Shown: positions 46,686 through 59,510 of the stretch, piece after piece
How positions within the stretch are numbered: position 1 is the first letter of the stretch
Layout of the letters: each line of letters opens with the position of its first letter
From: Lama guanicoe
Taxonomy: Eukaryota
Direction of reading: 5' to 3'
DNA: 64,000 nt
Assembly (NCBI GenBank): GCA_013239625.1
Contig: MU053881.1
Span: 14,810,373-14,874,372, forward strand
Program-made: the position numbers and the translations under genes
Notes under the pieces: model-generated
Told to the model about the DNA's origin: nothing
What the model saw: only the letters and a program-made list of their open reading frames with translations
Database searches by the model: none

Positions 46686-49429
46686 CGTCTCCACCCCAGT
46701 TATCCCCACCCGATCTGTGTTTGCTCTAGTCACTTTGATGGGGGCATGTGGGAACCAAGGCCTGGTTGGGAGGGGCCCGGGCACCACTGACCAGGGCTAT
46801 TCCTGGCAGAGGGCCCTGGTGACCAGGGTCTGTGAACAACAGCTGCAGACTCTTCCTGCCCCTTCAAACAGCCACCCTGTGCTGCCAAGCTGCGGGTGCC
46901 ACAGCCGTGCCACCCCAGGCCCAGCTGGCATCCAGAGAAACTGAGCCACAGATCACAGCCATTGCAAGGGGCATCAGGATTCAAACACAGAACCCCCGGG
47001 TGATCTGGAGGTGGTGAGGATACTGGAAGCACAGGCCTCTGCAGGGAGTGGGGTGTGCTGGGTCCTCACAGAAGTAAACATCAACTCCCCAGGTCCCTAC
47101 TCCTCTCCATCCTGTGGTGAGTCATGAGCCAAGACAGACCTGCTGTGGTTGGGCCTTGGGTGCTTGAGCACCGCTGTGCCAAAACAGCAAGCCCCCTGCC
47201 CTGAGAGAGAAATGCGTAGTGTGCACCGTGCAGTAAGAAGCTAGACAACAGAGAGCGGTTGTGGGAGTTAGCTGTGGCCTCTGAGATGAGGTCACCACTG
47301 AGCTGTGTCCACTGGAACAAGGATCTGCAAGGCCAGGTTCTGGGGGGAAGAGCATCCTGGGCTGTAGGAACAGCCCATGCAAAGGCCCTGAGGCTGCACT
47401 GGACTCAGTGAGCTGGACAGGTCTTTGTCTCTGGGCCAGCATCTGAGTAGGGAAAGAAAGAAGATATTTGGGCTTTCAGAGCCTGATCTTATCTGCCTCA
47501 GAGGTGGTCTCGGGAAACCCAGTCCTTGGTTGCCAAGACAGGACATAGAGCAAGGGACCTCCGAGCAGCAGGGCCTGCCCGCAGCCTCTCCCTGCCTGGT
47601 GGGGAGCTCAGCAGGGAAGAGAGGTGGCTGAGAAGGCTTCACAGGGCAGGGATATCAATCAAGGGCAGTGGTGTGGTGGAGGGAGACTGAGATGATCTCC
47701 TTAGGGAAGAGGCAGTAGGGGTACTATCCTTGAGACCTCAGCAACCCTTCACTGAGCCCCTGGTTCCTGGGAGCCCTGGTCTTCAGCTGCCAGCACCAGG
47801 AACCACTTTCCAATTCTGCTTTGCAGCCACCTGTTGGCAGCCTCCTACTTGGGCCCTGCCAAAATGAAACTGGAGGCTGGGCTGGGGCTGGTGGGTTGGG
47901 GCACGTCTCTCATTACTGATGGGTTCCATGGTGACCAGATAGTGCCTTTCAAGGGAGGGCAGAGATGGGTGGTTGGGATGGTACAGGGCTGCCCCACAGG
48001 CCCGGCTGGACCTACAGGGGCATGTCCAGCAGCCTGGGACCCCTTAGCCCCACCTCTGCTTGCCAGGTTGGCTGTGGCATTAGTCATCTAATGGGACAGA
48101 TGAACCCCTACCCACATGGAGTGCACATTCAAAAATACTGAGAGGAGAAGGCACAGCAGGACAGATGGTGATAAGTGCCAAGGACAAGACTGATAGGGGG
48201 GTCAGGGATGTGCAATGAGCAGGTAACATTTGTTGGTAATGCCAGAAGTTGGTGGAGGAGCCCTGCCAGTACTTGAGGGAACAGCATTTTAGGCAGAGGG
48301 AACAGCTAGTGCAAATGCCCTGAGGCAGGACTGTGCCTGTGGTGTTAGAGAGCCACCTCCAGCTTAGAGGACAGTATGGCTAGGAACAGAGGGAGCAAGG
48401 TGGAGAGAGGAGGGTATGAGGGTGGATTGTGAGTCAACAGTGAGGAGATGGGCTTTTACTCTGATGGGAGCATGGAAGGCTGTGAGCAGAGGACGGACAA
48501 GTAGGCTCCCTCTGGCTTCTGTGTGGGGTAAGGGGGAGGCCAGATACTAGGCAGGAGGCATAATGGTGGCCCAGGGTTGCATAAGGCTGTACAGGTGCAG
48601 AGAAGTAGCTGGATTTCTGAACATTTGATGGTAGCATGAACTGCATGTGTATGCAGGACTCAATGATGAGTGAGGGGAAGGAGGAGAGGGATGAGCATCT
48701 GCTCGGCCTCCCTTCCATTTTCACCTGAAGGTCAGGTCAGGCTGCTGACCTTAGGGGACCCAGCCCAGCTCCTGCAGGGCTCACACTGATACCTGCACCC
48801 TGCACCTTGAAAGGCTGTAGGAGGACTCCTAGATAAGGGAAGGGAGGGGCACAGGTGTGCCAGAGTCCTGAGGGCTGGGATGAGGGCTATCAGTGGCAGG
48901 TGAGGCGGTGTCCCCAAGAGGTGACCATTGCCTTCCCTGATGGCCACTGGGGGCTTTGGACTCAGGGCTTTGTCATGGATAGTGGAAGATCACAGCGGGA
49001 GAGACGGGGCTTCTCATGAAGGTGTGGTCTTGATCCAGCCTCTGAGTGCCCCTACATGGGTGCCCATTTCCTTGGCCTCCCTGAAGCCCTGTGTTAACCT
49101 CCTGCAGGGAGGCCTGCCAGGTTCTCAGGGTCACAGAAAGAAGCAGGTGGCCCTCAGATCAGGAGTGGTGAGTTCCCAGTGTGGGACAGGGCCGGAGAGG
49201 CATGCTAGAGGGAGTCAACAGTCGAGGGCACGGCCTGTTGGTGCCCCCACTCCGCTCCCACCCTGCCTTGTGCCCCATGTCGGGGACACAGCCTGGTAGG
49301 GTAGAGGAGCCCAGCGTGGGCAAGGGGGTCCAGGCGGAGAACGAGGGTGGGGACACAGGACTGCTCCGACCCTACTCAGGTTCAGACCTGGCGGATGCTG
49401 GGAAGGCACCAATGCCCCTCCACCTCCAC

Positions 49430-50780
49430 TCCGCTCCCGGGTTCCTCTGTTGGAAAATGAGCCCTAGAGCGGGCCCGCCTCCAGGATACGGCACGACAAC
49501 GCCGGAACTTACACGCCCGAGGTCGCCGCCGCTGCCACTGGGGGACCCAGCTCCCGCGCGCCCTGAAATCGCGGACACGGCGCCTCATCCCCTCGCGTCC
49601 CTGCGGGGCGGAGCTAGCTCTGGCCCCACCCCTCCGTCCCCCGCGCTCCGGCCAGCGCGCCCCCTGCCCAACTGCGGCGCGTGACGCGGGGCGCGCGGCT
49701 CCGGCGGCCACCGCGGGCGGGCGCAGACGGCCGGGACGGCCGGGAGCTGGCGGCATGGCGGCGGCCGGGACTGCGGCGGGGCCGACGGGGCCCGAGCCCA
49801 TGCCGAGCTACGCACAGCTGGTGCAGCGCGGCTGGGGCAGCGCGCTGGCGGCGGCTCGGGGCTGCGCGGACTGCGGCTGGGGGCTGGCGCGCCGCGGCCT
49901 GGCGGAGCACGCGCACCTGGCGCCGCCCGAGCTGCTGCTGCTGGCGCTCTGCGCGCTCGGCTGGACCGCGCTGCGCTCGGCGGCCACTTCGCGCCTCTTT
50001 CGGGTCAGTGCTGCTAGGGGTCGGACATGGGGGCCCCAGGCTGGGAGGCTGGGGTGTTAGGGGTTCGCGGGACGGGGATCCTAGGACTCCGCGCGCCCCT
50101 TTCTGTTTCCGCGGGCCAGGATCACTGGAACATGAGGGCCCTTGCGCTGGAGGAGCGCGGGACGCAGAATCGTGGGCCGCTTCGTGCCCCTTTTGGTCGG
50201 TGCAGGGTGGGGTGGGGGTGGAGGTGGGGGTGTGGCCGAGCTGGGGGAAGCCTGGGACTTGGAGACCCCGACACGGGAGGGATATTCAAGATGTGGGGGA
50301 ACCGGGACACCACCCATTCCGGTCAGTGCGGGACAAGGGGGCCCCGGGCAGTGGGAGGGCCTGAGCTGCCGCGCACTCTTTTGGGCCCGGCGGAGCCGTG
50401 AACCGAGGAGCGGAGGACGCGGGCGGGGAGGGCTCGGCTCAAAGGGCCCGCCTGCGCCTTGCTCCCCTGGGCCATGCGCGGAGGGCTCAGAATCCAAGCG
50501 GTGTCCCGGGTCCGTGCGGAGGCTGGACCGGCTTGTCTGCTGCTACCGGGAAGAAGCAGGAGCTGCCCGGTCGCTGCCGCGGGCCTGTCTGGAGTCAGCG
50601 CCACCCTCTGACCAAGGGATGCAAAGGCCTGGGCTCGCCGGCCACGCCGTGGTCGCCGCCTTTGGGAAGGTGGCACGGCCTGGGTCTTCTAAGTGGGGCC
50701 TGCAAGCGGTCGCGACCAAATTGTTCAGTTTCCAGCGAGCCTGGGGAGGCCACCGTCCCGGTCGGAGAGTGACTGTGGGG
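49430..50780 (+). promoter_or_regulatory. CERS1: CERS1 CpG-island promoter, spanning exon 1
   Basis: Dense CpG; GC box GGGGCGGA near 49605; ETS-like CCGGAACT near 49502; ATG in strong context GGCATGG. Confidence 0.85.
49755..50003 (+). CDS. CERS1: CERS1 exon 1 coding part
   Basis: MAAAG...WTALRSAATSRLFR|gtcagt. Confidence 0.96.
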
Positions 50781-53700
50781 GTGACATTTGCTCCTAGCCT
50801 CCCTCCCATCCATGGGGAGGGGTCGCTGCTATGGGAGCTTGTGGCAAAGCGTTTGGTCTCCTGGCTTGGCTGTGACTCCCCTGTGGACCGGCTGCGGTCA
50901 CTCCGCCAGTCTGACTGGAGGTGGCAGGGGGTGCAGGGACAGAGCGCCGGGAGCCAACAAAGGGCCCTTTCTCTGCTGGCTGGGAAGAGGCCGGCCCTTG
51001 TTAAGTAGGGGTTGGGGTGTTGTCTGGCTGCCATTGTCCCCACCCCCACCCCCATATCACCCACATTGGGTAGAAAGACCCCAGCCACCACCCTGCTCCA
51101 GGGAGGGGGAAGCAGGCATGATAAGCGCCTCTCCGTAGGTCAGCCCTGGTCCCAATCTGGCTTTGTTGCTCCCCCCACCAGCTGGGAAGTGGGAGGCCCA
51201 GGAGAACGAGGACCAGAGCCCAGGAGGGGGATGTGGTCGCCCTGGAACTACCAGGGTGCAGCAGGCTTCCTCCCCATGTTCCTGAGGGAGCCGGGTGGAG
51301 GACAGCAAGGTCACAAGACCCTCACTTTTGGAGCCTTCGGAGGTCAGGCACTCACTCCAGTTAGAAGCTCGCCCTTCCCAAAAAACGGGCGGAGGGGCTG
51401 CCTAGTCTCCAGAGCTCATCTCCTTGGCAGCCGCCTGGTTGTCAGGGGTTACCGAAGCTGGCTCTGGCTGTCTCCATGGCGACTGCTGGTGCTCCGGCCC
51501 CCTCAGCCTCGCCTAGGGGAAGGGGGCGGGGCTTGCCCCGCAGCTCTGGAGCCTCGACCCCAGGGAAATTGAGGCTCCGCCTCCAGGGGCGCTGAGCCCC
51601 TCAAATTCCTCCATGCCTCACAATTTGCAATGCCTCTACTTCCCTTGTGTCCTCTCTGATGTCCCTCAGGTCCCCCATCTCATTGTGATGTCCTTTACTG
51701 GACCTATTCCCTTTCTCCCTCCGCCCCGTTCTCTCTTCCTTTGTCCCCCTGCGTTCCCATGTCCTCCCCCACCTACCCACCCCGTCTTCCCCAACCCTCT
51801 GTTCTCTGGTCTCCCCAAATTCCTCCTCTGAGGCACCTCAAGTTTCTCCTCCATGGGGGTCACGTGGAGTTCCAGCCCCCTACCCCGCCGTGTTCCCCCA
51901 GATGCCTCCATATTCCCCTCCATGTTCTCTTCACAGATTCACCCCCACAGCCCCTTCCAAGTCTTCCGTTTAATCCTCCCTCCTCCCTGTCATACTTCTA
52001 GCTCCCCCTGTGACCTCCCAAGCCCCCTACTCCACTGGGCCGACCCCACTGGTCCCCCTTGCTTTACACCCACTTGTCCCCCTCCTCCCTCACATTTCCT
52101 CTCAGGTCTCCCCCATCACTCCCCTCCGCACACCGCTGTGGCTGGACAGCTGGGCACTAAGTTTAGCCCTTGGCAGGCACACGTGGGCTCTGGTTACGTT
52201 CCAGGTGGCTGTGGGTACCGGGCCTGGTCCTCCCCGACACTGTCTGGCCTGGGGAGTCCCCAGACCTTGATTTCCCTACCCTGCAGGGGCAGCCCTTGGC
52301 CCCTAGTGCTGATGGCCACCCGCCTTCTCACCCATAGCCCCTAGCCAAGCGGTGCCGCCTCCAGCCTAGAGATGCCGCCAAGATGCCTGAGAGTGCCTGG
52401 AAATTTCTCTTCTACCTGGGCGCCTGGAGCTACAGCGCCTACCTGCTCTTCGGCACTGACTACCCCTTCTTTCACGACCCGCCCTCCGTCTTCTATGGTA
52501 GGGGACCTGCCGGGTTGGGGCAGGTTATGGGAGGGCTCGGTTCTAAACTCAGAGAAGAGTACATGGGGGAACGAGACACTCATCAGACATCCCACACTGG
52601 ATGTCTGCTTTGAGACAAGGGTGATCCCAGGGCCCTGGGGCCGGGTCAGAGGGCACCCTGTCAGGGCTCAGGGAGACATCCTAGAGGAGGACATTCCTGA
52701 GGTGGTCCAGGAGTCAGGAATAGGACATGCCAAAGCCCTGGGGCTTGCATGAGCTTGATGTGTGAGGATGAGAGGAGGGGCAGGAGTTTGAGTTTCATCA
52801 TAATGGGATGGGTTTGTGAATTATAAAAAGCATCCTCTGGCAGCCAAGTGGAGACAGATGAGTCTTGGGAAAGGAGGGAAGCAGGGCCCAGGGGGTAGGC
52901 GAGAGACCATTGTGGCTTGGACCAGCTTGGTGAGGAGATAAAGATGGTGAGAAGTGGCTGCATCCATTGGTTGGTTTGGGTGTGGGGATCGTTGAGGCCT
53001 GAACTCTGGGTGGGATGGACAGGAAGGGGTCTGCAGTGTCCTCTGTCACCAGCCAGCAGGTGGGTGTAGAAAACTTGGTCTGTGAAGAGTGGGTCAGGCT
53101 TCTCTACCCCAGTGCTGACCACCCAGGCCATGTATCAGGGACACACATCCTTCCTGCTATGTGATGGAAGCATCCCAAGAGGTCTGCGGTGGCACTATCG
53201 GAGGGCTAGCTAGGCAAGGAACCCCCGAGCTGCACCTGTCTGTCTTTGTGGGACCACACTGCCCACATGGCCACGTTTGCCATGTAACACATACACATTT
53301 CTGGTGTCGTAAATCCCTGGAGGGGAGGTTTCAGCTGTCATTCAGTTTTCCTTTATGAGAATGAATTGTACATAGTTGAATTCTCTCAAAGTTTAGGGGA
53401 TGGAGGTGCCTCTGGCTCCTTTTTATAAATGATGCTATAATAACACAATTGCACATTAACTGCTTCTTTGCATCCGCATATATTGAGCACTGACTGTGTA
53501 CCAGGCACTGTGCTGACACAGCTGTGAGCAGCTCAGAGAAAACCCCCCACCCCTGTGTTCTTTTATTCTTATATTTTTTTTAATTTTTAAAAGGGAGAGG
53601 TAATTAGGTTTATTTATTTTTCAATGGAGGTACTGAGGATTGAACCCAGGACCTCATGCATGCTAAGCAGGCACTCTACCACTGAGCTGTACCCTCCCCT

Positions 53701-56700
53701 ACACCCCTGTGTTTTGGGGGGACAGATAATGAAATACAGTCTGTTCATGGTGATAAGTGTGGATGAGACAACTTGAGTGAGGAGAGGAGAGGGGTGTCTG
53801 GGAGGTGGGGAGGAAGGCATTTTCTACAGGGGTGGGGATGTTCCCACCTTAGGTGACTTTTGAGTGGGGACTTGGAGGAGCCAGGAGCAGATAGGAAATG
53901 CAAAGGTCACTGTCGGACAGACTACTGGCTGTTCAGAAGCAGCCAGGAGTCCAGTTGGCCGTGGTGGGGACAATGGAGCTCTTTCCCAGAGGGCCGTGAG
54001 CGGGGGAGGGGGGACGCTGACAGGATGATTAGAGGAGAGGGCTGAGGACCAGAGCCAGGGGGCTCTGACCATGTCAGGGCCAAAGTGGGGAGAGAAGTGG
54101 CTGATTGAGAAATGTTCAGAAGACAGAATTGATAGGATTTGCTGCCAAACCAGAGATGGCTGTGAGAGAGAAGGGGAGGGGTTAGGGCTGATGCTGGGGT
54201 CTAGGAGACTGGGGGTCGGGCAGATTGGAGGGAGACTAGGAGCTGGGTTTGGAACACCCAGGGGGCTGACTCCAGAGGTCCAGGAAGGCGATGAGGCAGG
54301 GGTGACATGGAGGGTCCAGAGCAGCAGGTGGGGTGTGTGTAGAGAGGAGGTTGGAGGTCCACAGACAGAGCCCAGCCCCTTAATGTGCAGGGAGGTGCAG
54401 ATGCCACCGTCTGGCGGGGAATTATCTATTCCCCTCCTTCCTCTGCCCTAGATCTGGGGACCAAAGGTGGAGGCGGGGGCGCTCCCCACTGTAACAGTCT
54501 TGCCAGCACAATAGATGGAAAAGTTGGTATCCCGTTTCCACAGAAAGGTGCCTCTGCGTCCCTTCCCTCTAAAGAGGGACAGAGGCATCTGGCAGGTTGG
54601 GGGACCTCCGCTGACAGCAGTGCTGGCATGTACCTGCGTGCAGAACTCGGGGGGTGGGTCTGGCCGGGAGGGTGGGTTTTGCTGCTGACCCTTGGGGAGC
54701 CCCGGACCTGTTAAAGTTGGGGGTGAGTGATCTGTATGGTGTTTTATACTTTTTTAATTAGGTAAAATTTATGTAACATAGAAGTAACCATTTTCCCCAT
54801 TCACAAAAAGACAAATACTGTATGATTTCACTTATATTAGGCACCTAGAGTCTTCAGATCCCTAGAGACAGGAAGTAGCCTGGTGGGTGCCAGCGGCTGG
54901 CAGAACGGGGACAGAGAGGGAGTGTTTAATGGGGACAGAGTTCCAGTTTTACAACATGAAAAGAATTTTGGAGATGGGTTGCACGACAATGTGAATATAC
55001 TAGTGCTACTGAACTTAAAAATGGTCAAGATGGTGAATTTTCTGTCATAAGTATATTTTACCACAATTTTGAAAAATTCACCATTTTAAAGTGAGCAGTT
55101 CAGTGGCATTTTGTACATTCACAGTGTTGTGCAAGCACCACCTCTAGTTCCAGAACTTTTCCATCACTCCAAAGGGAGACCTGTCCCCATGAGCAGTCAC
55201 TCCCCATCTGTCCTCCCCCAGCTCCTGGCAACCACTAATCTGCTTTCTGTCTCTGTGGATATGCCTGTTCTGGACATTTCGTGTATGTGGAATCATTGGT
55301 ACGTGATTACATGTGACCATTTGTAACTGACTTCTTTCACTCAGCAGAATGTTTTTGAGGTTCATTCCCCTTGTAGCTTGTCAGTGCTTCCTTTTTGTGG
55401 CTGCATAGTGTTCCATTGTGTGAGTGTGCCACATTTTGTGTACCCATTCACCCGCTGAGGGACATTTGGGCTGTTCCCCTTTTTATGATTGTGACTAGTG
55501 CTGCTGTGGACATGGGAGTACAAGGAGCTGTTGAGTATCTGTTTTCAATTCCGCTGGGCACAGGCCAGGAGTCTACTTGCCGGGTCATGGGGTCTGTGTA
55601 TTCACAGCCATCAAGGCTGCTGTGGGGAGAGTGGACAGCCGAGAACAGGCTCTGGAGGCCAGGAGAAGCTGGGGCTGTGCTGGGCAGGAGATGGCAGTGC
55701 CTGGACCGGGGTGGGGGGGTCGGGGGGAGCAAATGAGTGGAGGCGTGGAACAGAGATGGACTCCTGAATGGGGTCCAGGTGAATCACCGTTGCAGGAGGG
55801 TCCAGGGCAGAGATGAAGGATGAAGGGCTGTCACTGAGGTGGCAGCATAGGAGGCATCTAGGTAACAGCCAGGCTCCAGGGAGTCTGGCACCCAGAACAG
55901 GGTGTCTTGAGAAAGCCTGGTAAGAGAAGATGGGAAGGGGGCTGGGGCAGAGTTGGAAATTCTGCAAAGGACCAATTTCAGGAGTAGGAGCTCCTTGTTC
56001 TAGAGATCTAGAACTGTTCTTAAAAAAATGTCTATTCATAAACAACAATGGGTAGAGAACTGGCAGCAGGAAACCAGCGACTAATGCACCTGCAGAGATA
56101 TGCAGCATGCCCGGCTCGATGGGGTGGCATGTGGGATTGCTTGGGGATGCCAGAGGCTTTGCAGGTCCCTGACAGCACCTGCTGTCTGGCTCTCCCCAGA
56201 CTGGAAGATGGGGATGGCAGTCCCACGGGATATCGCAGCCGCCTACCTACTACAGGGAAGCTTCTATGGCCATTCCATCTACGCCACGCTGTACATGGAC
56301 GCCTGGCGCAAGGACTCTGTGGTCATGCTCATCCACCACGTGGTCACCTTGGTCCTCATTGTCTCCTCCTATGCTTTCCGGTGAGTCCAGGAGGGGACAG
56401 GAAGGTGGAGGGCACTGGTGTGAGCAGTGACAGGAGGCTGGCACAGGGCAGAGGCTAATGCTTGGCAAGGAGTGGGGGGGTTCTGGAGAGTGACTCTGGA
56501 ATGATGGGTGAAACAGGTGCAGAGAGGCATCACCCTGTTCCCACACCATCCGTCCCCCTCCCACCCCGCCTGGATGGCACCTTTGGCCGGGTCACATAGC
56601 AAGTGTTTACTGAGCACCTGCCATGCAGCAGGTGCTGCTGGGGGCACAGCCGTGAACACAGTAGACAAACCCTGGCATTCTAGAACCCACTGTGGCCACG

Positions 56701-59067
56701 ACACATGGTCACAGAGCTCCAGGCAGAGCCTGTCCAAACCACGACCTGCTGGATGTGTAAAATCCATCCTGATCCCAAGGGCCAAGGAGAGTGAAAATAT
56801 TTTGCAGTCTCTCTCTCTTTTTTTTTTATTGAGTTACAGTCATTTTACAATGTTGTGATGTAGTCTCTTTGTTATATTATGAAATGATAATAGTTTGGAT
56901 ATACTGAGCTAACTAGAATATATTATCGAAGTTAATCTTACCTCTTTCTCTGTACTTTTTTAAAAATGTGGCTGATAGAAAATTAAAACGACATATTCAG
57001 TTCCTATTGGACTAGCTGCTCTAGCTGCACCCTCTAGCGCAATAGCCACTGACCACAGGCAGCTGTGTCCATTTTAATTAAACTTACATGTTTTGTTGGG
57101 GAGGGAAAAGGGAAGGGGGAGGTAATTAAGTTTATTTGTTTATTTTTTAAGTGGAGGTACTGGGGATTGAACCCAGGACCTCGTGTGTGCTAAGTACGCT
57201 CTACCACTGAGCTGTACCCTCCCTCCTAATTAAACTTAAATCAAATCCAACATTCTGTTCTTCAGCCCTACTCTGTGGCTGGTGACTCCTGTATTGGGCA
57301 ATGCAGACTTAGAACATTCCTATCAATCTTGAAAATTCTATTAGACAGCCCTGCTCTAGAGAGTAGAACCAGATATCATCCTCCCTTCCAAAAAAGCCCG
57401 TGAAATAAAAGCACTAACAATTTGTTTGGAGGTGATAACTATGGAAGAATAAAGTCAGAAGAATAAAGTCAGAAGGTAAGGGCTGCGGGGGTGGCCAAGG
57501 GTGAAGGCTCCGCAGTCAGGAGCCTGAGCTGTCAGGAGGGCAGAGTAGGGATGGAGACTGACAGGTGCACAGCCCTGCCCAGGCTGAACTCAGGCCCCTT
57601 GGCCCAAGCAGCTGTGAGGCAGAAAGCTGGTGAGGGCGGGGCTCTTCCTTAGATCCTGGTGGGGATGCGGCCTTCTCCAGGCAAGTCTGAAATTGGCAGC
57701 AGTGTTTAGGCTAATTGTATAAACCGGGGAGTGTCAGCGTGGCAATCAAGTTTAAAGTGTGGGGTATCTGGACACAGAATGGCCCAGGCCTGTGAGGGTC
57801 AGGGGTCATGGAAGGTCACAGGTTACAGAGATGAGGAAGGATCAGTGAAGGCGCTTCCAGGGAGATTCCTGAGTCACTTTGAGGTCAGTGAGACGGGAAG
57901 GGTGATGGCCTGGATGGGGCTGCCACAGGGCAGGCACAGCCTGGGTGCTGCTGCTGACACAGCCCCATGAGTGCGTGGGCAGGGCAGGTGGGCCGAGGAG
58001 GATGGCTCTGAACGGGCCCGTGGGAAGCCTAGAGGGGCAGCCAGAGGGGCCTGTGCCTGGGAGCCTCGGTGCGGATAGGAGACCCAGTATAACCAGACTG
58101 CTCTCCTCTCCTGCTTCTCTCCCCAGGTACCACAAGGTGGGCATCCTTGTGCTCTTCCTGCATGACATCAGTGATGTGCAGCTGGAGTTCACCAAGCTCA
58201 ATATCTACTTCAAGTCCCGCGGAGGATCTCACCACCGGCTGCACGCGCTGGCCGCAGACCTGGGCTGCCTCAGCTTCAGCCTCAGCTGGTGAGCGTCAGG
58301 GCAGGAGGGGGCCTAGTGGAAGGGGCAGCCACCAGGTGGAGGTGGGCGTGGCCAAGCAGGGAAGTGGGTGGAGCTTGGTGAGGTGGGCGGGCCTGGGAGG
58401 GCAGCAGAGTTGGGAAGAAATAGGTTGGACAGGAAAGGACAGAGCTGGCTTGGAGGCACATGGGCAGGAATGAACAACGGTCGTGTGGTGACATCCATTG
58501 GATGAGTCCATGTGGGACAGGACAAGGCCTGGGAGGGGCCACCTTCCCCCTCTCCCCCATAGCCTCCCCAACCCGCTCCCTCCCTCCTGCAGGTTCTGGT
58601 TCCGCCTCTACTGGTTCCCGCTCAAGGTCCTGTATGCCACGAGCCACTGCAGCCTGCGTGCCGTGCCTGACATCCCTTTCTACTTCTTCTTCAACGCACT
58701 CCTGCTCTTGCTCACCCTCATGAACCTCTATTGGTTCCTGGTGAGTTGATGCCAACCCCTCGCCACCCCCGCCCCCTTGGACTGCAGTCCCGTCCTGGTC
58801 CCCGATCCCCAGGAGCCGTGCAGGGGCAGGCCCTTCTCAGGTGTACCCGGGGTGGGGCATATTGGGCAGGGCAGGAGCGCACGGCTGGCAGGAGGGCAGC
58901 GCGGTCGGGGAAGGGGTTCTCTTCTCACCTGTGCCCTCCCCCTTCCCCCACAGTACATCGTGGCTTTTGCTGCCAAGGTGCTGACAGGCCAGGTGCGCGA
59001 GGTGAAGGACGTGCGGGAATACGATACAGCAGAGGCCCTGAGCCCCAAGGCCGGCAAAGCTGAGTGA
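49755..59067 (+). CDS. CERS1: Ceramide synthase 1 (LASS1/UOG1); join(49755-50003,52338-52497,56200-56380,58127-58288,58593-58740,58954-59067) = 337-aa short form; the long form splices at 59063 to an exon outside the window
   Basis: MAAAGTAAGPTGPEPMPSYAQLVQRGW...; TLC/Lag1p motif RKDSVVMLIHHVVTLVLIVSSYAFRYHKVGILVLFLHDISDVQLEFTK; DVREYD tail; no homeobox-like domain, as expected for CerS1. Confidence 0.96.
52338..52497 (+). CDS. CERS1: CERS1 exon 2
   Basis: PLAKRCRLQPRDAAKMPESAWKFLFYLGAWSYSAYLLFGTDYPFFHDPPSVFY-D. Confidence 0.96.
53560..53701 (-). mobile_element. tRNA-derived SINE (Vic-1-like) with perfect TSD
   Basis: GATTGAACCCAGGACCTCATGCATGCTAAGCAGGCACTCTACCACTGAGCTGTACCCTCCCC; TSD CACCCCTGTGTT 53548-53559 / 53702-53713. 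Confidence 0.9.
54750..55610. mobile_element. Nested old L1M 3' fragments (plus-strand piece ~54797-55075 inside a minus-strand piece)
   Basis: CACAAAAAGACAAATACTGTATGATTTCACTTATA...TTTTACCACAATT flanked by ACCATTTT on both sides; the outer piece resembles 3410-3545. Confidence 0.7.
56200..56380 (+). CDS. CERS1: CERS1 exon 3
   Basis: WKMGMAVPRDIAAAYLLQGSFYGHSIYATLYMDAWRKDSVVMLIHHVVTLVLIVSSYAF-R. Confidence 0.96.
57087..57226 (-). mobile_element. tRNA-derived SINE with perfect TSD, inside an AT-rich MER3/MER33-like DNA-transposon remnant
   Basis: GGGGATTGAACCCAGGACCTCG...CTACCACTGAGCTGTACCCTCCC; TSD TAATTAAACTTA 57075-57086 / 57227-57238. Confidence 0.88.
58127..58288 (+). CDS. CERS1: CERS1 exon 4
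   Basis: YHKVGILVLFLHDISDVQLEFTKLNIYFKSRGGSHHRLHALAADLGCLSFSLS-W. Confidence 0.96.
58593..58740 (+). CDS. CERS1: CERS1 exon 5
   Basis: FWFRLYWFPLKVLYATSHCSLRAVPDIPFYFFFNALLLLLTLMNLYWFL. Confidence 0.96.
58954..59067 (+). CDS. CERS1: CERS1 exon 6 (donor after 59063; unspliced stop at 59065-59067)
   Basis: YIVAFAAKVLTGQVREVKDVREYDTAEALSPKAGKAE; GCT GA|GTGAGT. Confidence 0.95.
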   Translation, partial: YIVAFAAKVLTGQVREVKDVREYDTAEALSPKAGKAE

Positions 59068-59420
59068 GTGTGGAGGGGCCGCCCCCCCTGCTTCATTCCT
59101 TTAGCCACGTCTGTCTGGCCAAGCGTGTTTGTGGGCAGCCCCAGAGAGCTGGCAGCGAGTGAGGCCGATGCGGATGCTGCCCACCTCCCTGCCAGCCTAC
59201 ATCCAAAAGAGAGACTGCAAAAAGGTGTGGACGATGCTGTAGCGACAGAGTAGACGCTGTCAGGGCAGACAGCAAGGAAGGTGGGGTAGAGAGGTCTGGG
59301 GGTCAGGGCGGAGGGGTGAAAGGGGAGGATCAGGGTCTCCATAGAGGGAGCCCTGAGGGCCAAGCCCCATCACGAGGAGCAGCCAGGCCTAATGGCAGCC
59401 TCCTAGCAGGTGGCTAGCAG

Positions 59421-59510
59421 GTGGCAGTGGAGGTGGGGGTGAGGGGGTGCCGTGTGCAACCCAGAGAGCCCTCGCTCTGTTCATGCTGATGCTCTCTGGC
59501 CTCAAGGTCC
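59421..59510 (+). repeat. 90-bp direct repeat, copy 1
   Basis: 89/90 identical to 60418-60507. Confidence 0.92.

Noticed and set aside
50708..50717. Palindrome GGTCGCGACC as a TCTCGCGAGA-type element
   Set aside because: Only the TCGCGA core matches, and a 10-bp palindrome in a CpG island is expected by chance.
50142..51091. Long ORFs (288 aa plus, 182 aa minus) in CERS1 intron 1
   Set aside because: GC-rich CpG-island sequence with low stop density; low-complexity G/R/P/A translations with no domain features.
47000..52300. REST/NRSE site explaining neuronal CERS1 expression
   Set aside because: Only partial half-sites were seen by eye; no convincing full TTCAGCACCNNGGACAG match.
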